NCBI GenBank assembly: GCA_028707255.1
Contig: JAQTUQ010000002.1
Coordinates: 8,900-72,899, forward strand
Length of the DNA: 64,000 nt
DNA from: Dehalococcoidales bacterium
Lineage (GTDB): Bacteria; Chloroflexota; Dehalococcoidia; Dehalococcoidales; UBA5627
Direction of reading: 5' to 3'
This document shows positions 29,793 to 41,670 of this stretch, piece after piece (within the stretch, counting starts at the first letter, position 1; every line of letters begins with the position of its first letter). Made by a program: the position numbers and the translations under genes. A model generated the notes under the pieces. The model saw only the letters and a program-made list of their open reading frames with translations, was not told the DNA's origin and searched no databases.

Positions 29793-30062
29793 ATGGTAAA
29801 AATCAGATTAAGACGTATTGGTTCCCCTAAAAAACCGGCATATCGTGTCGTTATTGCCGACTCGCATTCGCCCAGAAACGGTGCGTTTATTTCCATTATC
29901 GGTCAATATGACCCGATGACTGATCCGGAAACAGTTAATATTAATGAGCAGGAAGCTCTTAAATGGTTAGGTCAGGGTGCCCAACCCACAGTTACCGTCA
30001 GTCGTCTGCTTAAAAAAGCAGGTATTTTAGATAAGTTTAAGGCGACAAAGGAGAAATCATGA
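29793..30062 (+). CDS. rpsP: 30S ribosomal protein S16
   Basis: Begins [30 protein letters not shown]. Confidence 0.95.
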   Translation: MVKIRLRRIGSPKKPAYRVVIADSHSPRNGAFISIIGQYDPMTDPETVNINEQEALKWLGQGAQPTVTVSRLLKKAGILDKFKATKEKS

Positions 30063-30286
30063 AGGAACTGGTAGAATACATCGCAAAATCGCTTGTTAAC
30101 TCTCCGGATGCTGTGGTTGTTACTGAGGAAGAAGGAGAGGAAGGGATTACTCTCAAATTGCAGGTTGCCGATGAGGATAAAGGGAGAATAATCGGAAAAC
30201 AAGGCAGAATAGCTCAGGCTATAAGAACCTTAATCAGAGTAAAAGCTGCTAAAGCCGGAACTCGAGCTACCCTTGATATAATTTAA
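30059..30286 (+). CDS. KH-domain RNA-binding protein (YlqC/UPF0109 family)
   Basis: 75 aa with a GxxG KH motif ([16 protein letters not shown]). Overlaps rpsP by 4 nt, the usual rpsP-ylqC arrangement. Confidence 0.8.
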   Translation: MKELVEYIAKSLVNSPDAVVVTEEEGEEGITLKLQVADEDKGRIIGKQGRIAQAIRTLIRVKAAKAGTRATLDII

Positions 30287-30394
30287 AATTTTTATATCCT
30301 TAATTAGTATTAACCCTTTTTATTTTAGACTTAAACTAAGCCGAGAGGGTATTTTGTAACAAATCGTATCATTTTAGTTAAACGATACAGACGT

Positions 30395-30426
30395 AAAAAA
30401 GGATGGGATAAAACCCATCCTTTTCA
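30395..30426. terminator. Bidirectional rho-independent terminator between the convergent KH gene and atpC
   Basis: AAAAAA-GGATGGG-ATAAAA-CCCATCC-TTTT. An A-run and a T-run flank a 7-bp stem. Confidence 0.8.
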
Positions 30427-30450
30427 TTTCTTCTCTAATCTCTACGATTT

Positions 30451-30876
30451 CTAGATACGCGGAGCCTTTTTCTTGCGCCTCTCGGCCACTTTAATTCTCA
30501 CCAGTGAGCGTCGTAAAGCAGCTTCCGCACCCCCTACATCGACTCCCGGAGCGTATTTTTCCGTCATCAGTTTCTCGGCGCGTTTCTTAGCCTCTTCTGC
30601 TCTGGCAATGTCGATTTCTTCAGCTCTTTCGGCAGAATCGGCCAGTACGATTACCCTATCGGGACGTACTTCCAGAAAACCGCCTGAGATAGCCAGGGAA
30701 TACTCCTCGTTGCCCTTGCGGGCAATAAGTTCACCGGGCTGCAGCATGGTCATTAACGGGGTATGCCTGGGTAAAATACCGAGTTCTCCGTCGATTCCCG
30801 GTGCAATCACAATATCAACGTCGTCGGAATAAACCGAGCGTTCCGCTGTTACGATATCCAGTTTAATTGTCGCCAT
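30451..30876 (-). CDS. atpC: F1 ATP synthase subunit epsilon
   Basis: 141 aa, beginning [36 protein letters not shown]. Last gene of the atp operon. Confidence 0.9.
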   Translation of the reverse strand: MATIKLDIVTAERSVYSDDVDIVIAPGIDGELGILPRHTPLMTMLQPGELIARKGNEEYSLAISGGFLEVRPDRVIVLADSAERAEEIDIARAEEAKKRAEKLMTEKYAPGVDVGGAEAALRRSLVRIKVAERRKKKAPRI

Positions 30877-30898
30877 TTTAAGCCCCCGCTTCTATCTA

Positions 30899-32299
<1,401 letters not shown>

Positions 32300-33157
32300 C
32301 TACTCAAGAGCTGCAGTTCCACCGGTGATATCAAGCAACTCATTGGTTATCATTTCTTGTCTTACTTTATTGTAAACCAGTGTTAAATCTTCAATCAGTT
32401 CCTTGGCGTTTTGCGTCGCATTGCGCATAGCGACCATTCTGGCAGATTGTTCACTGGCAATAGATTCCAAAATTGCATGGTAGACCTGCATTTCAACGAA
32501 ACGCGGAATAAGCCCGTCTAAAACAGCGCTGGCATTGGGCTCATAAATATATTCCACATTCTCGGTCGGCGGAATTTCCGCAGGCTCTACCGGTAATAAC
32601 TTTTCTATAACCGCTTCCTGTGACATGGTATTAATAAATTTGGTATATGCTATATAGACTTCATCCGTTTCGCCCCTGGGGTATTCATCCAGGACAATAT
32701 GAGAAATGGGCAGAGTGGCTAATAAATCCGGATAGTCGCCAAGACCTGTAAACTCCGCTTCTATTTGCCGCCCGGTTCTTCTTAAGAAGTCGAGACCCTT
32801 TCTGCCTACAGCGATGACGCCCGCCTTTGCATTTTTCTCCAGTATAAATCTGGCAGTCATACGATTGATATTGCCCACAAGACCGCCGGCAAGCCCCCTG
32901 TCAGGGGTTATATGAATTATGGTGATCTTTTTAACCTCTTCCCTGGCGGTAAGACACGGATGCAGTGCTTGTCCGCTTGAAACAGCCATTAAATCGGAAA
33001 TAACCTGAGTTATCTTTTCCGAGTAAGGACGCCCTGCCAAGCCATGTTCCTGCGCCTTCCTCATCTTCGAGGCAGCGATCATTTCCATCGCTTTGGTAAT
33101 CTTTGCAATGTTCTTTACGCCTTTTATACGGCGTCTTATCAAACGTATATTAGCCAT
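32300..33157 (-). CDS. atpG: F1 ATP synthase subunit gamma
   Basis: 285 aa, with IKGVKNIAKITKAMEMIAASKMRKAQ near the N-terminus and ITNELLDITGG near the C-terminus. Confidence 0.93.
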   Translation of the reverse strand: MANIRLIRRRIKGVKNIAKITKAMEMIAASKMRKAQEHGLAGRPYSEKITQVISDLMAVSSGQALHPCLTAREEVKKITIIHITPDRGLAGGLVGNINRMTARFILEKNAKAGVIAVGRKGLDFLRRTGRQIEAEFTGLGDYPDLLATLPISHIVLDEYPRGETDEVYIAYTKFINTMSQEAVIEKLLPVEPAEIPPTENVEYIYEPNASAVLDGLIPRFVEMQVYHAILESIASEQSARMVAMRNATQNAKELIEDLTLVYNKVRQEMITNELLDITGGTAALE

Positions 33158-33165
33158 TTATACTC

Positions 33166-34686
33166 CTAGACATACTTGAAGCTTTTCTTGAAATCCGCAA
33201 TTGCGTCTTTCATCTCGGATTCCATCTTGTCGTCGAAGTTCTTTTCTTTTGCTAATTTATTAACCAATTCGGAATTAGTTGTTCTAATAGAATTAAGCAG
33301 TTTGCTCTCAAATTCTTTTACTTTTTCTACAGGCAGGTCATCGATATAGCCGTTTATGGCTGCAAAGAGAATAATAACCTGACTCTCTACCGGCATCGGC
33401 TCAAATTGGAGCTGTTTAAGCACTTCCTCTATTCTTTTGCCTCTGTCGATCTGTAATTTGGTAGCCTTATCAAGTTCCGAGGTGCCGAACTGCGCAAAAG
33501 CAGCTAACTCTCTATACTGTGCCATTGCCAGTTTCAATTTAGCGGCAACCTTCTTCATGGCTTTTGTTTGCGCCGAGCTGCCTACGCGGGATACCGAAAT
33601 ACCGATATTCAAGGCAGGCCTGATACCGGCATTGAAGAGGTCCGGCTCCAGATAAATCTGCCCGTCGGTAATGGAAATAACATTGGTCGGAATATAAGCC
33701 GATACATCTCCGGCCTGAGTTTCGATAATCGGTAATGCCGTAAGCGAACCGCCACCAAGCTCATCAGAAAGCCTCGCTGCCCTCTCCAATAATCTGCTGT
33801 GAAGATAGAAGACATCGCCGGGATAAGCTTCTCTGCCCGGAGGCCTTCTGAGTAGTAACGAAAGCTGGCGGTATGCCCAACCGTGTTTGGAAAGGTCGTC
33901 GTATATTATTAATGCGTCTTTTCCGCTCTCCATGAACTCTTCGCCGATAGCGCAACCGGCATAGGGAGCAAGATACTGCAAGGCAACGGATTCTGAAGCA
34001 TTCGCAGCGATAACAATAGTATGCTCCATCGCACCATGCGCTTCCAGGTTGGCAACAACCTGTGCAACCTTGGCAGCCTTTTGACCGATAGCCACGTAGA
34101 TACATAGTAAATCGCCGTTCTTCTGGTTGACGATGGTATCCAGTGCAATCGCCGTCTTACCGGTAGAGCGGTCGCCGATGATAAGTTCTCTCTGTCCGCG
34201 TCCGATAGGAATCATACTGTCGATTGCTTTAATGCCTGTTTGCACCGGCGTATTTACCGATTTACGTGAAACGACGTTAGGAGCGACTCTTTCAAGGGGG
34301 CGGGTATTTTCGGTTTTAATGGGACCCTTGCCGTCCAATGGTCTCCCCAGCGGGTCGACAACCCTGCCGATTAAGGCTTTACCGACCGGAACTTCAGCGA
34401 TTTTACCGGTAGAACGAACTTCATCGCCTTCCTTAATGTTACCGGCATCACCCAGAAGAATGGCGGCTACGCTGTCTTCTTCAAGGTTAAGGGCAATTCC
34501 CATTACATCACCGGGGAACTGAAGCATTTCATTATATTTTACGCCGGCTAATCCGTAAATTCTGGCAATACCGTCACCGACTGCGATAACCGTTCCCACA
34601 TCTACCAGATTTATCTGGGTTCCGAATTGCTCTATCTGTTGCTTGATAATAGAGACTATTTCCTGACCTTTAGCCAAAATACCCAC
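33166..34686 (-). CDS. atpA: F1 ATP synthase subunit alpha
   Basis: 506 aa with Walker A GDRSTGKT. Confidence 0.97.
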   Translation of the reverse strand: MGILAKGQEIVSIIKQQIEQFGTQINLVDVGTVIAVGDGIARIYGLAGVKYNEMLQFPGDVMGIALNLEEDSVAAILLGDAGNIKEGDEVRSTGKIAEVPVGKALIGRVVDPLGRPLDGKGPIKTENTRPLERVAPNVVSRKSVNTPVQTGIKAIDSMIPIGRGQRELIIGDRSTGKTAIALDTIVNQKNGDLLCIYVAIGQKAAKVAQVVANLEAHGAMEHTIVIAANASESVALQYLAPYAGCAIGEEFMESGKDALIIYDDLSKHGWAYRQLSLLLRRPPGREAYPGDVFYLHSRLLERAARLSDELGGGSLTALPIIETQAGDVSAYIPTNVISITDGQIYLEPDLFNAGIRPALNIGISVSRVGSSAQTKAMKKVAAKLKLAMAQYRELAAFAQFGTSELDKATKLQIDRGKRIEEVLKQLQFEPMPVESQVIILFAAINGYIDDLPVEKVKEFESKLLNSIRTTNSELVNKLAKEKNFDDKMESEMKDAIADFKKSFKYV

Positions 34687-34718
34687 CTCCTGTGTACAAC
34701 TTGGTAGTTATAAAAAAA

Positions 34719-35249
34719 CTAACTGATTTCTTTTTTCAAAATATTCAACGCACTACGAGTGCTGCCATCGAGCAACTTACCGCCTACCTTAACGATAACA
34801 CCGCCGATTAATGCAGGGTCGGTGCTCTCCGGCTCGATTAATATTTTCTTTCCCAGCATATCACCCAGACGGCTGCTGATCTTTTCGCGTGATTTATCAT
34901 CTAATGCCACTGCCGAAATTACTTCTGCCCTTTCAATGCCCTTGTGCCTGTCAATCATCTGCCTGAATTCATTAGTAACTTTACTAAGCATGTTAATCCG
35001 GCCATTGGATAACAACAGATAAACAAGGTTCACCACCGACGAATCGATTCCCGGCAATTTACCGGTAAGTACGGATTCCTTTTCCTTGAAACTGATTGCC
35101 GGGTTGCTTAGGTAAGCTGCAACCGACTTATCCTCATTAAGTTGTTCTACACTTTCCAGATCAACCAGCAAGTCATCCGTTTTATTCTTTTCCTGCGCAA
35201 CAGCAAATAATGCCTGCGCATATCTTCTGGCAGAAAATTTCTTTGCCAC
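34719..35249 (-). CDS. atpH: F1 ATP synthase subunit delta (OSCP)
   Basis: 176 aa with ARRYAQALF near the N-terminus and a C-terminal GG.ivk.G....DgS pattern. Confidence 0.88.
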   Translation of the reverse strand: MAKKFSARRYAQALFAVAQEKNKTDDLLVDLESVEQLNEDKSVAAYLSNPAISFKEKESVLTGKLPGIDSSVVNLVYLLLSNGRINMLSKVTNEFRQMIDRHKGIERAEVISAVALDDKSREKISSRLGDMLGKKILIEPESTDPALIGGVIVKVGGKLLDGSTRSALNILKKEIS

Positions 35250-35272
35250 AATAACTCCACAATTAAACTAAA

Positions 35273-35773
35273 CTAATTTTTATTAAGAACCTTGCTTTCT
35301 TCAAGCACTTTATCGATCAACTGGCGATGCTGTTCTTTATCCAGCGAGCGGTCGATAACCTTACCGGCAGCAATTACCGTTAAATCGGCAAAAGCGTTTC
35401 TGAGCTCACCGATAGCATCATCGCGTTCTCTCTCGATTTCGAGTTTCGCTTTGGCTATCAGCCTCTCCGCTTCGATTTTCGCATCCTGTTTTGCCTTCTG
35501 TTTAGTTTCTTCGCCGATTTGTGTAGCCTGGTCTATAATCTTTTGTCCTTCTTTGCTGGCTTCAGCGATTAACCTGGCTGTTTCTTTTTCTGCCAATTCA
35601 GCCTGTTCCTTAATTTGCTCCGTCTGGTCAATGCTTTCCTTGATTTTGGCAGAGCGCTGGTCGAGCATCTTGATGACAGGTTTGTATGCGAAAATATAAA
35701 GCAACGCCAACAGTAACCCGAAATTGACAAGTTGCGCCAATAAAGAAGATAAATTAATTCCTAATCCTTCCAC
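35273..35773 (-). CDS. atpF: Fo ATP synthase subunit b
   Basis: 166 aa with an N-terminal TM helix followed by a long charged helix. Confidence 0.88.
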   Translation of the reverse strand: MEGLGINLSSLLAQLVNFGLLLALLYIFAYKPVIKMLDQRSAKIKESIDQTEQIKEQAELAEKETARLIAEASKEGQKIIDQATQIGEETKQKAKQDAKIEAERLIAKAKLEIERERDDAIGELRNAFADLTVIAAGKVIDRSLDKEQHRQLIDKVLEESKVLNKN

Positions 35774-35798
35774 AAGGACCTCCTCCCGTTCTCTGGAG

Positions 35799-36029
35799 CT
35801 ACGCTACAAATACCAAAACGATAGCGACAACTAAAGCATAAATAGCGACTGCTTCGGCAAGTGCTACAGAAAATAACATATTGGTAAAAATGGGGCCTCT
35901 GGCTTCCGGATTGCGGGCTACTGCCTGTACGGCGCCATAACCCAAAATACCAATACCGATTCCGGGGCCGATGGCACCCAGACCCATTGCTAACCCAGCT
36001 GCTAACAGTTTAATTGCCTCTGCTTCCAT
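35799..36029 (-). CDS. atpE: Fo ATP synthase subunit c (H+-type)
   Basis: 76-aa hairpin with a GxGxGxG helix 1, an ARNPEA loop, and the carboxylate in ALAEAVAIYAL. Confidence 0.93.
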   Translation of the reverse strand: MEAEAIKLLAAGLAMGLGAIGPGIGIGILGYGAVQAVARNPEARGPIFTNMLFSVALAEAVAIYALVVAIVLVFVA

Positions 36030-36091
36030 TATAAAACCTCCTTAATTCCGACTGTATCTTACAATTATTTCTTGGGTTTAATCCCTTTATA

Positions 36092-37051
36092 TTACTCATC
36101 CGAATGCGACGGGGTAATAGCTATGGTAGCGAAAACCAGCGTCAATCCGGCGAATATAAGCGCCTGTATAAAGCCTACCAGCAATTCAAGACCATAGAAC
36201 GGGATAGCCAGCATGAACGGAGCCAGGAATACCATCATCAGAAGAAGAATCTCTCCGCCCGTCATATTACCGAACAAACGGAAGGTAAAACTAACAATAC
36301 GAACCAGTTCGCTGAGTGCTTCCAGCAAACCAATAAATATGTCGATGGCACCATTGAAAAAAGAGCCCATAGCCTGCTTAATCTTCCCGCTGAACAGTTC
36401 TTTGAAACCATGGAAAAAACGATGTGTGTTAAAAAACTTTTTGAAATAGCCCGCACCCAAAGTCTTTATGCCCCAATACTCGACAAAGACGAAGGATATT
36501 AAAGCAAGTGCAAGAGGCAGATTGATATCGGTATTTACGGGGCGGAACAGATGCACCATATGCCCATCAGCTCCCTGCACCAATATGGTGCCGACGCCGG
36601 GTATCAAACCTATCCATGCATTGGTTATAACAAAAAGGAAAATAGTGGCGACTATTGCAAAAAACCTGCGACCGTATTTTTCTCCGGCAATATCTTCGCA
36701 AAAAGTTAACAAATAACTAATCACGGATTCTATTGCAGTCTGAAAACGGGAGGGAATAAGTTTCATGTTCCGGGTCCCGAAATAAAAAACTGCAACCAAG
36801 ACTATTATGGTAATCCATGCCGTAATAATGGTATTGGTAACAGGGAAACCCAAAAAATGGAAAATGACAGATGTGGGAAGATGAACCTCAGGGGATTCGG
36901 CTAAAAGCCATTCAGGGAGACCAATGTTACCTAATAGAGCGTTTCCTAAAGCGCCTGATAGAAAACTTAAAATACCAACGGCCAATATAATCAGTCCGAC
37001 AACAATAGCCACGGGAAAAGAACAACCCAAACAGCCTTTCTTTTTTGCCAC
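36092..37051 (-). CDS. atpB: Fo ATP synthase subunit a (with an N-terminal extension)
   Basis: 319 aa and polytopic. Conserved Arg context FTFRLFGNMTGGE. Confidence 0.9.
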   Translation of the reverse strand: MAKKKGCLGCSFPVAIVVGLIILAVGILSFLSGALGNALLGNIGLPEWLLAESPEVHLPTSVIFHFLGFPVTNTIITAWITIIVLVAVFYFGTRNMKLIPSRFQTAIESVISYLLTFCEDIAGEKYGRRFFAIVATIFLFVITNAWIGLIPGVGTILVQGADGHMVHLFRPVNTDINLPLALALISFVFVEYWGIKTLGAGYFKKFFNTHRFFHGFKELFSGKIKQAMGSFFNGAIDIFIGLLEALSELVRIVSFTFRLFGNMTGGEILLLMMVFLAPFMLAIPFYGLELLVGFIQALIFAGLTLVFATIAITPSHSDE

Positions 37052-37275
37052 TAGCTGTTCTCCTTGTCTGTATTGTTTTTCATCAGGGGTATAATCATTC
37101 TGTAAACACCATAAAAAGCAACGATCATTCCTATGAACAAACCGGATATTATAAAAACAGGCTTGGTATCTAATTTGTTATCAAGCCATAAACCGCCGAG
37201 CGTTCCACCTGCTATGGAAAGCGCTATGTACCACCCCACCCCAATCAACTTCATGGCTGTATGCCATCTATGCAT
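37051..37275 (-). CDS. AtpZ/AtpI-family small membrane protein
   Basis: 74 aa with two TM helices. It is the first gene of the atp operon, and its stop abuts the atpB start. Confidence 0.7.
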   Translation of the reverse strand: MHRWHTAMKLIGVGWYIALSIAGGTLGGLWLDNKLDTKPVFIISGLFIGMIVAFYGVYRMIIPLMKNNTDKENS

Positions 37276-37302
37276 CCCGCCACCTTAAATAACCCGACAA
37301 AA

Positions 37303-37332
37303 AGCATACCAAAAAATAACTATTTAAGTCAA
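37303..37332 (-). promoter_or_regulatory. Putative sigma-70 promoter of the atp operon
   Basis: On the minus strand: TTGACT (37332-37327), an 18-nt spacer, then an extended -10 TGgTATGCT (hexamer 37308-37303). RBS AAGGTGG precedes the ATG at 37275. Confidence 0.5.
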
Positions 37333-37370
37333 GCCAATAAATCCAACGAATTTCCGTTTTTTTTACATGC

Positions 37371-37394
37371 AGTATACATATATATATGTATACT
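37371..37394. promoter_or_regulatory. Perfect 24-bp palindrome upstream of the atp promoter (possible operator)
   Basis: AGTATACATATA|TATATGTATACT. I verified it as its own reverse complement. Confidence 0.4.
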
Positions 37395-37417
37395 TTCAGG
37401 CGTAAAAAGGTAATTAA

Positions 37418-37445
37418 TAAGCCCCGAAAAATAATCCGGGGCTTA
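37418..37445 (-). terminator. Hairpin terminator downstream of the bifunctional-nuclease gene
   Basis: 9-bp stem (TAAGCCCCG pairs with CGGGGCTTA) with a 10-nt loop. The minus-strand tail TTAATTACCTTTTT is only moderately T-rich. Confidence 0.5.
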
Positions 37446-37467
37446 AATATTTTTACAGATTTTTAAT

Positions 37468-38040
37468 TTACGATTTATGTTTTCCGAAGTCATCCATATC
37501 CAGATTATCGATAAATTCGCGGAACGCGGAAAGCCTCTTCATTTCCTCTTCGCTTACCTTTCCTCCCCTACTTTCTATATCGCTTAATTCTTCCTTCTGC
37601 AGAATGGGTTCTCCGGTTTCCTTATCCTGGTCCAGGGGTATCCCTGCTTTCTCTAAAACCGATTCATCGGCATATATGGGTGTTTCCATTCTTATTGCCA
37701 GCGCCAGAGCATCGCTCGGGCGCGAATCGATTTCTTCCTGCCTGCCGTCTATGTTAAGTATAATTTTCGCATAAAAAATATCGCTCTTCAGGTCATTTAT
37801 AATAATCGAATCCACAGACACACCTAAAGTTACCATTAACTTTTGCAACAAATCATGCGTCAATGGCCTGGGAACGCTCTCACCCTTTAGTTTGATTAGT
37901 ATGGCTTTGGCTTCGGCAGGACCTATAAAAATAGGTAAAAACCTTTCAGCCTCTTTTTCCTTTAACAGAACAACATACTGATATTCCATTTGCCGATTCA
38001 TAAGACCGATACGCACACTGTCAATCGTCATCTCTACCAT
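37468..38040 (-). CDS. Bifunctional nuclease family protein (DUF151/BFN) with a C-terminal UVR-like segment
   Basis: The ATG at 38040 is preceded by AGGAGGGG; the track TTG at 38061 contains that SD. The sequence has FLPIFIGPAEAKAI, PRPLTHDLL and SRPSDALALAIR. Confidence 0.8.
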   Translation of the reverse strand: MVEMTIDSVRIGLMNRQMEYQYVVLLKEKEAERFLPIFIGPAEAKAILIKLKGESVPRPLTHDLLQKLMVTLGVSVDSIIINDLKSDIFYAKIILNIDGRQEEIDSRPSDALALAIRMETPIYADESVLEKAGIPLDQDKETGEPILQKEELSDIESRGGKVSEEEMKRLSAFREFIDNLDMDDFGKHKS

Positions 38041-38129
38041 TAAAACGCCCCTCCTGTACAATCGTCAGTCCAGCTTATTCTACCCCTTGTTTTCTGAAAC
38101 TGTCAAGAAATTCGGGTATTATGTCTGGC

Positions 38130-38160
38130 TTGCAGGACGATAGTGTCATTATGGTATAAT
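38130..38160 (+). promoter_or_regulatory. Putative extended -10 promoter of ppsA
   Basis: TTGCAG (38130-38135), a 19-nt spacer, then TGgTATAAT (TATAAT at 38155-38160). Confidence 0.45.
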
Positions 38161-38204
38161 AGTGACGCTTCATCTAAACTTACGTTAATAAGGAGAGCTA
38201 TATT

Positions 38205-40454
38205 ATGCCTGAGGCAATTATCTGGTTTAAAGACATTTCCAAAGAGGATGTCCCGATTGCAGGCGGTAAAGGGGCTAATCTGGGGGAAATGATAAAAGCC
38301 GACATTTCGGTTCCTCCGGGTTTTGTTGTATCGGTGGATGCCTACTTCGATTTCCTGAAAAAATCCGATATAATCGACGAAATTCAAACACTCCTTGAAT
38401 CTTTAGATATAGAAGACACCAAGCAACTGCAACGCGTATCCGCCGTAATCAAACAAATGTTTTTAGACTCTGCCGTAATGCCCGACCTGGCTGATAAAAT
38501 CAAGGAAGCTTACAAGCAACTGGGTGGAGGATTGGTGGCGGTACGTTCATCTGCCACTGCCGAAGACCTCCCCGAAGCATCGTTTGCCGGGCAGCAAAGC
38601 ACTTATCTTAATATCGAAGGACCCGATGAAGTAGTCGATGCCGTACTCCGGTGCTGGGCATCACTGTTCGAGCCGCGCGCCATTTACTACCGGGTTCAGC
38701 AGGGATTCGACCATTTTAAAGTAGGCATAGCAGTTCCCGTACAGAGAATGATAGCCTCCGTTACTTCAGGAGTTATGTTCACCGTTGAACCGGTAACCAG
38801 CAATACCAAAGAAATTGTTATTGAAGCCATATACGGCTTAGGCGAGGGGTTAGTCTCGGGAGAGGTAACCCCTGATTTATATATAGTAGATAAAGAAAAA
38901 CTCGCTATTATTTCAAAAAGGATCAGTCGCCAGAAGACTCAACTCTCCAGAAACCCCGGAAACAACGGTAAGGAAATCAATACCTGGCAGTTGATTGATA
39001 AAGCCTTGCAGGAAAAACCAAAGCTTTCGGATGAAGAGATTATCGAACTGGCAAAAATAGGAAAACAAATCGAAGATCATTACCAGTTCCCGCAGGATAT
39101 CGAATGGGCAAAAGAAAACGGTAAATATTTTATCTTACAAACCCGGCCGGTAACCACTATTAAAGACGCCGTTGAAGAAGAGCCTGAAATCAATGCTCCG
39201 GTACTGTTAAGCGGCGTAGCCGCCAGCCCCGGACTGGCCTCCGGCCCGGTAAAAATAATCCATGAAGCATCCCAACTTGACAGAGTACACCAGGGGGATA
39301 TCCTGGTTACTGAAATGACCACCCCCGATTTTGTTCCGGCGATGAAGAAAGCGGCCGCCATTGTTACCGACAGGGGCGGAAGAACTGCTCATGCCGCCAT
39401 CGTCAGCCGCGAACTCGGTATACCCTGTGTTGTAGGTACCGACCAGGCTACGACAACGCTTATAGATAAAAAGATAATTACAGTCGACGGAGCCAAGGGT
39501 AAGGTTTACAGCGGCAAAATCGCCCGCAGTATGACCACTACCAAGATGACCAATATTCTCAGAGAAGCGTTGACTACCAAAACCAAGGTTTATGTCAACC
39601 TGGCTCAACCGGAACTGGCGGACATGATTGCCGCCCGGAATGTAGATGGTGTCGGGTTGTTAAGAGCGGAATTCATAGTAGCGCAAATCGGAGAGCATCC
39701 CAGCTATATGTTGAAGCAGAATAAAGGAAACGAGTTCGTTGATAAACTCTATAACGGTTTGGTTTCTTTTGCCAAACCCTTCTATCCCCGTCCGGTTGTC
39801 TACAGGACCACGGATTTCAAAACCAATGAATATAAAGACCTTATCGGTGGTCGCGATTTCGAAGAATCTGAAGAGAACCCGATGATAGGTTACCGCGGCG
39901 CTTCAAGATATGTTACCGATATTGAATCCTTCAAACTTGAAATCGAAGCTATTAAACGTGTCAGAAGAGATTACAAAAACCTGCATGTCATGATTCCCTT
40001 TGTCAGGACGATTGACGAGCTAAAACGCACCAAAGCCATTCTGGAAAAGGAAGGGCTGGTACGTAGTGAGGATTTCAAACTCTGGATGATGGTGGAAGTG
40101 CCTTCCAATATTTTCCTGATTGAAAAATTCTTAAGCGTCGGCATCGACGGCATCTCTATCGGCAGCAATGACCTGACACAGTTGATACTGGGAATCGACA
40201 GGGACAGTGCCAAACTGGCCTCCACCTTCGATGAGCGCAATGAAGCTGTTATGATAGCACTGGAAAGAGCAATTACCGTTGCTAAAAGCATGGGCGTTAC
40301 CGCATCTATCTGCGGACAGGCCCCATCGGTATATCCTGAACTGACTGAAAAACTGGTGTCATGGGGAATCACTTCTGTTTCGGTCAGCCCCGATATGATA
40401 GGCACCACCCGTGAGATAATCGCCAAAGCGGAAGCCAAACTTAATATTAGATGA
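38205..40454 (+). CDS. ppsA: Phosphoenolpyruvate synthase (pyruvate, water dikinase)
   Basis: 749 aa with an N-terminal ATP-grasp domain, a swivelling phospho-His domain (TDRGGRTAHAAIVSRELGIPCVVG) and a C-terminal PEP-utilising barrel (GIDGISIGSNDLTQ). Confidence 0.88.
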   Translation: MPEAIIWFKDISKEDVPIAGGKGANLGEMIKADISVPPGFVVSVDAYFDFLKKSDIIDEIQTLLESLDIEDTKQLQRVSAVIKQMFLDSAVMPDLADKIKEAYKQLGGGLVAVRSSATAEDLPEASFAGQQSTYLNIEGPDEVVDAVLRCWASLFEPRAIYYRVQQGFDHFKVGIAVPVQRMIASVTSGVMFTVEPVTSNTKEIVIEAIYGLGEGLVSGEVTPDLYIVDKEKLAIISKRISRQKTQLSRNPGNNGKEINTWQLIDKALQEKPKLSDEEIIELAKIGKQIEDHYQFPQDIEWAKENGKYFILQTRPVTTIKDAVEEEPEINAPVLLSGVAASPGLASGPVKIIHEASQLDRVHQGDILVTEMTTPDFVPAMKKAAAIVTDRGGRTAHAAIVSRELGIPCVVGTDQATTTLIDKKIITVDGAKGKVYSGKIARSMTTTKMTNILREALTTKTKVYVNLAQPELADMIAARNVDGVGLLRAEFIVAQIGEHPSYMLKQNKGNEFVDKLYNGLVSFAKPFYPRPVVYRTTDFKTNEYKDLIGGRDFEESEENPMIGYRGASRYVTDIESFKLEIEAIKRVRRDYKNLHVMIPFVRTIDELKRTKAILEKEGLVRSEDFKLWMMVEVPSNIFLIEKFLSVGIDGISIGSNDLTQLILGIDRDSAKLASTFDERNEAVMIALERAITVAKSMGVTASICGQAPSVYPELTEKLVSWGITSVSVSPDMIGTTREIIAKAEAKLNIR

Positions 40455-41491
40455 TTCAGCGGCTTAACATCCGTCAGAGAATTGAAGAGCGAGAGCTGCA
40501 ACTTTCACCGTTTGCAGCTCAAAGCGTTTTATCCAGGGGCAGGCTCAAAAACGAAGAGCCCTGTCCGCTGCGCACGGCCTTTCAACGCGACCGTGACCGC
40601 ATAATTCACTGTAAAGCTTTCCGTCGTTTAAAACACAAGACACAGGTCTTTATCGCTCCCCTTGGCGACCATTATGTAACACGTTTAACACACACACTTG
40701 AGGTTTCCCAACTGGCGAGGACCATTGCCCGCTCATTGAATTTGAATGAAGACCTGACGGAAGCTATCGGGTTGGGACACGACCTCGGTCACACTCCCTT
40801 CGGACATGTAGGAGAAGATGTATTGAATGAGCTCTATCATAAAGGTTTCAGGCATAACCAGCAGAGCCTGAGAGTGGTGGATATTATTGAAAATGATGGT
40901 AAAGGATTAAACCTGACATGGGAAGTAAGAGACGGCATACTCAACCACTCCAAGCCGGAAGATAATATGTATGGAGAGAACTGGGGAGAGGTAGGAACGC
41001 TAGAGGGCGAAATATGCAAGATATCCGACCTGATTGCCTATGTAAATCACGATATCGGCGATGCCATCAGGGCCGGTATCATAACGGAAAAGGGACTGCC
41101 TTCTTCCACTATCAGTTTGCTGGGGAAATCTCACGGAGAGCGTGTGAACACAATGGTATGCGATATCGTTGAAAATTCATGGGCAGCTTCAGGTGCGGGA
41201 GATAAAAAAGCCAAACCCACAATAAAAATGAGCAAGGGAGTTCTCGAAGCCACCAGTGAATTAAGGAGTTTTCTTTTCGAAAAGGTTTACCGCGTACAAT
41301 CCAAAGAAAGCGAAACCATAGAAGCCAGAGAAATCGTTAAGAATCTTTATGAATACTTTTTGGAGCATCTGGATGAACTGCCGCCGGAATATATGCGCTT
41401 CAGCGATGAAACCGAAAGATGCGTCGTGGATTATATAGCCGGCATGACAGACCATTATGCAACCAACCTGTCAAAGAAAATAACACTCTAA
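40451..41491 (+). CDS. dgt: dGTP triphosphohydrolase-like HD-domain protein
   Basis: 346 aa with FQRDRDRIIH, RLTHTLEVSQLAR, GHDLGHTPFGH and DHYA. ATGA overlap with ppsA. Lies upstream of dnaG-rpoD. Confidence 0.85.
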   Translation: MIQRLNIRQRIEERELQLSPFAAQSVLSRGRLKNEEPCPLRTAFQRDRDRIIHCKAFRRLKHKTQVFIAPLGDHYVTRLTHTLEVSQLARTIARSLNLNEDLTEAIGLGHDLGHTPFGHVGEDVLNELYHKGFRHNQQSLRVVDIIENDGKGLNLTWEVRDGILNHSKPEDNMYGENWGEVGTLEGEICKISDLIAYVNHDIGDAIRAGIITEKGLPSSTISLLGKSHGERVNTMVCDIVENSWAASGAGDKKAKPTIKMSKGVLEATSELRSFLFEKVYRVQSKESETIEAREIVKNLYEYFLEHLDELPPEYMRFSDETERCVVDYIAGMTDHYATNLSKKITL

Positions 41492-41670
41492 TCCTTCAAT
41501 TAATTTAATCCCTCTCCCGTCTTACCTTATCTTGAAAATGGCGTTTTAATATATAGGTAAATCTGTTTCTTTTTAATCACAGTTGCTAAGACGTTTAAAT
41601 ATCAAGATTGATTAAAATGGAAATTTTTTCGGGCATATCAGGCAAATATATTGTATAATTGTTTAGAAGT

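Noticed and set aside
35799-36029. Na+-translocating ATP synthase.
   Set aside because: The c-subunit has the carboxylate in ALAEAVAIY, followed by Ala rather than Ser or Thr. Helix 1 lacks the Gln of the Na+-binding signature. It is therefore called H+-type.
40451-41491. dGTPase-like HD protein as an anti-phage dNTP-depletion defence gene.
   Set aside because: It is translationally coupled to ppsA, has normal composition, and sits in a housekeeping context directly upstream of dnaG-rpoD. Nothing suggests an accessory origin.
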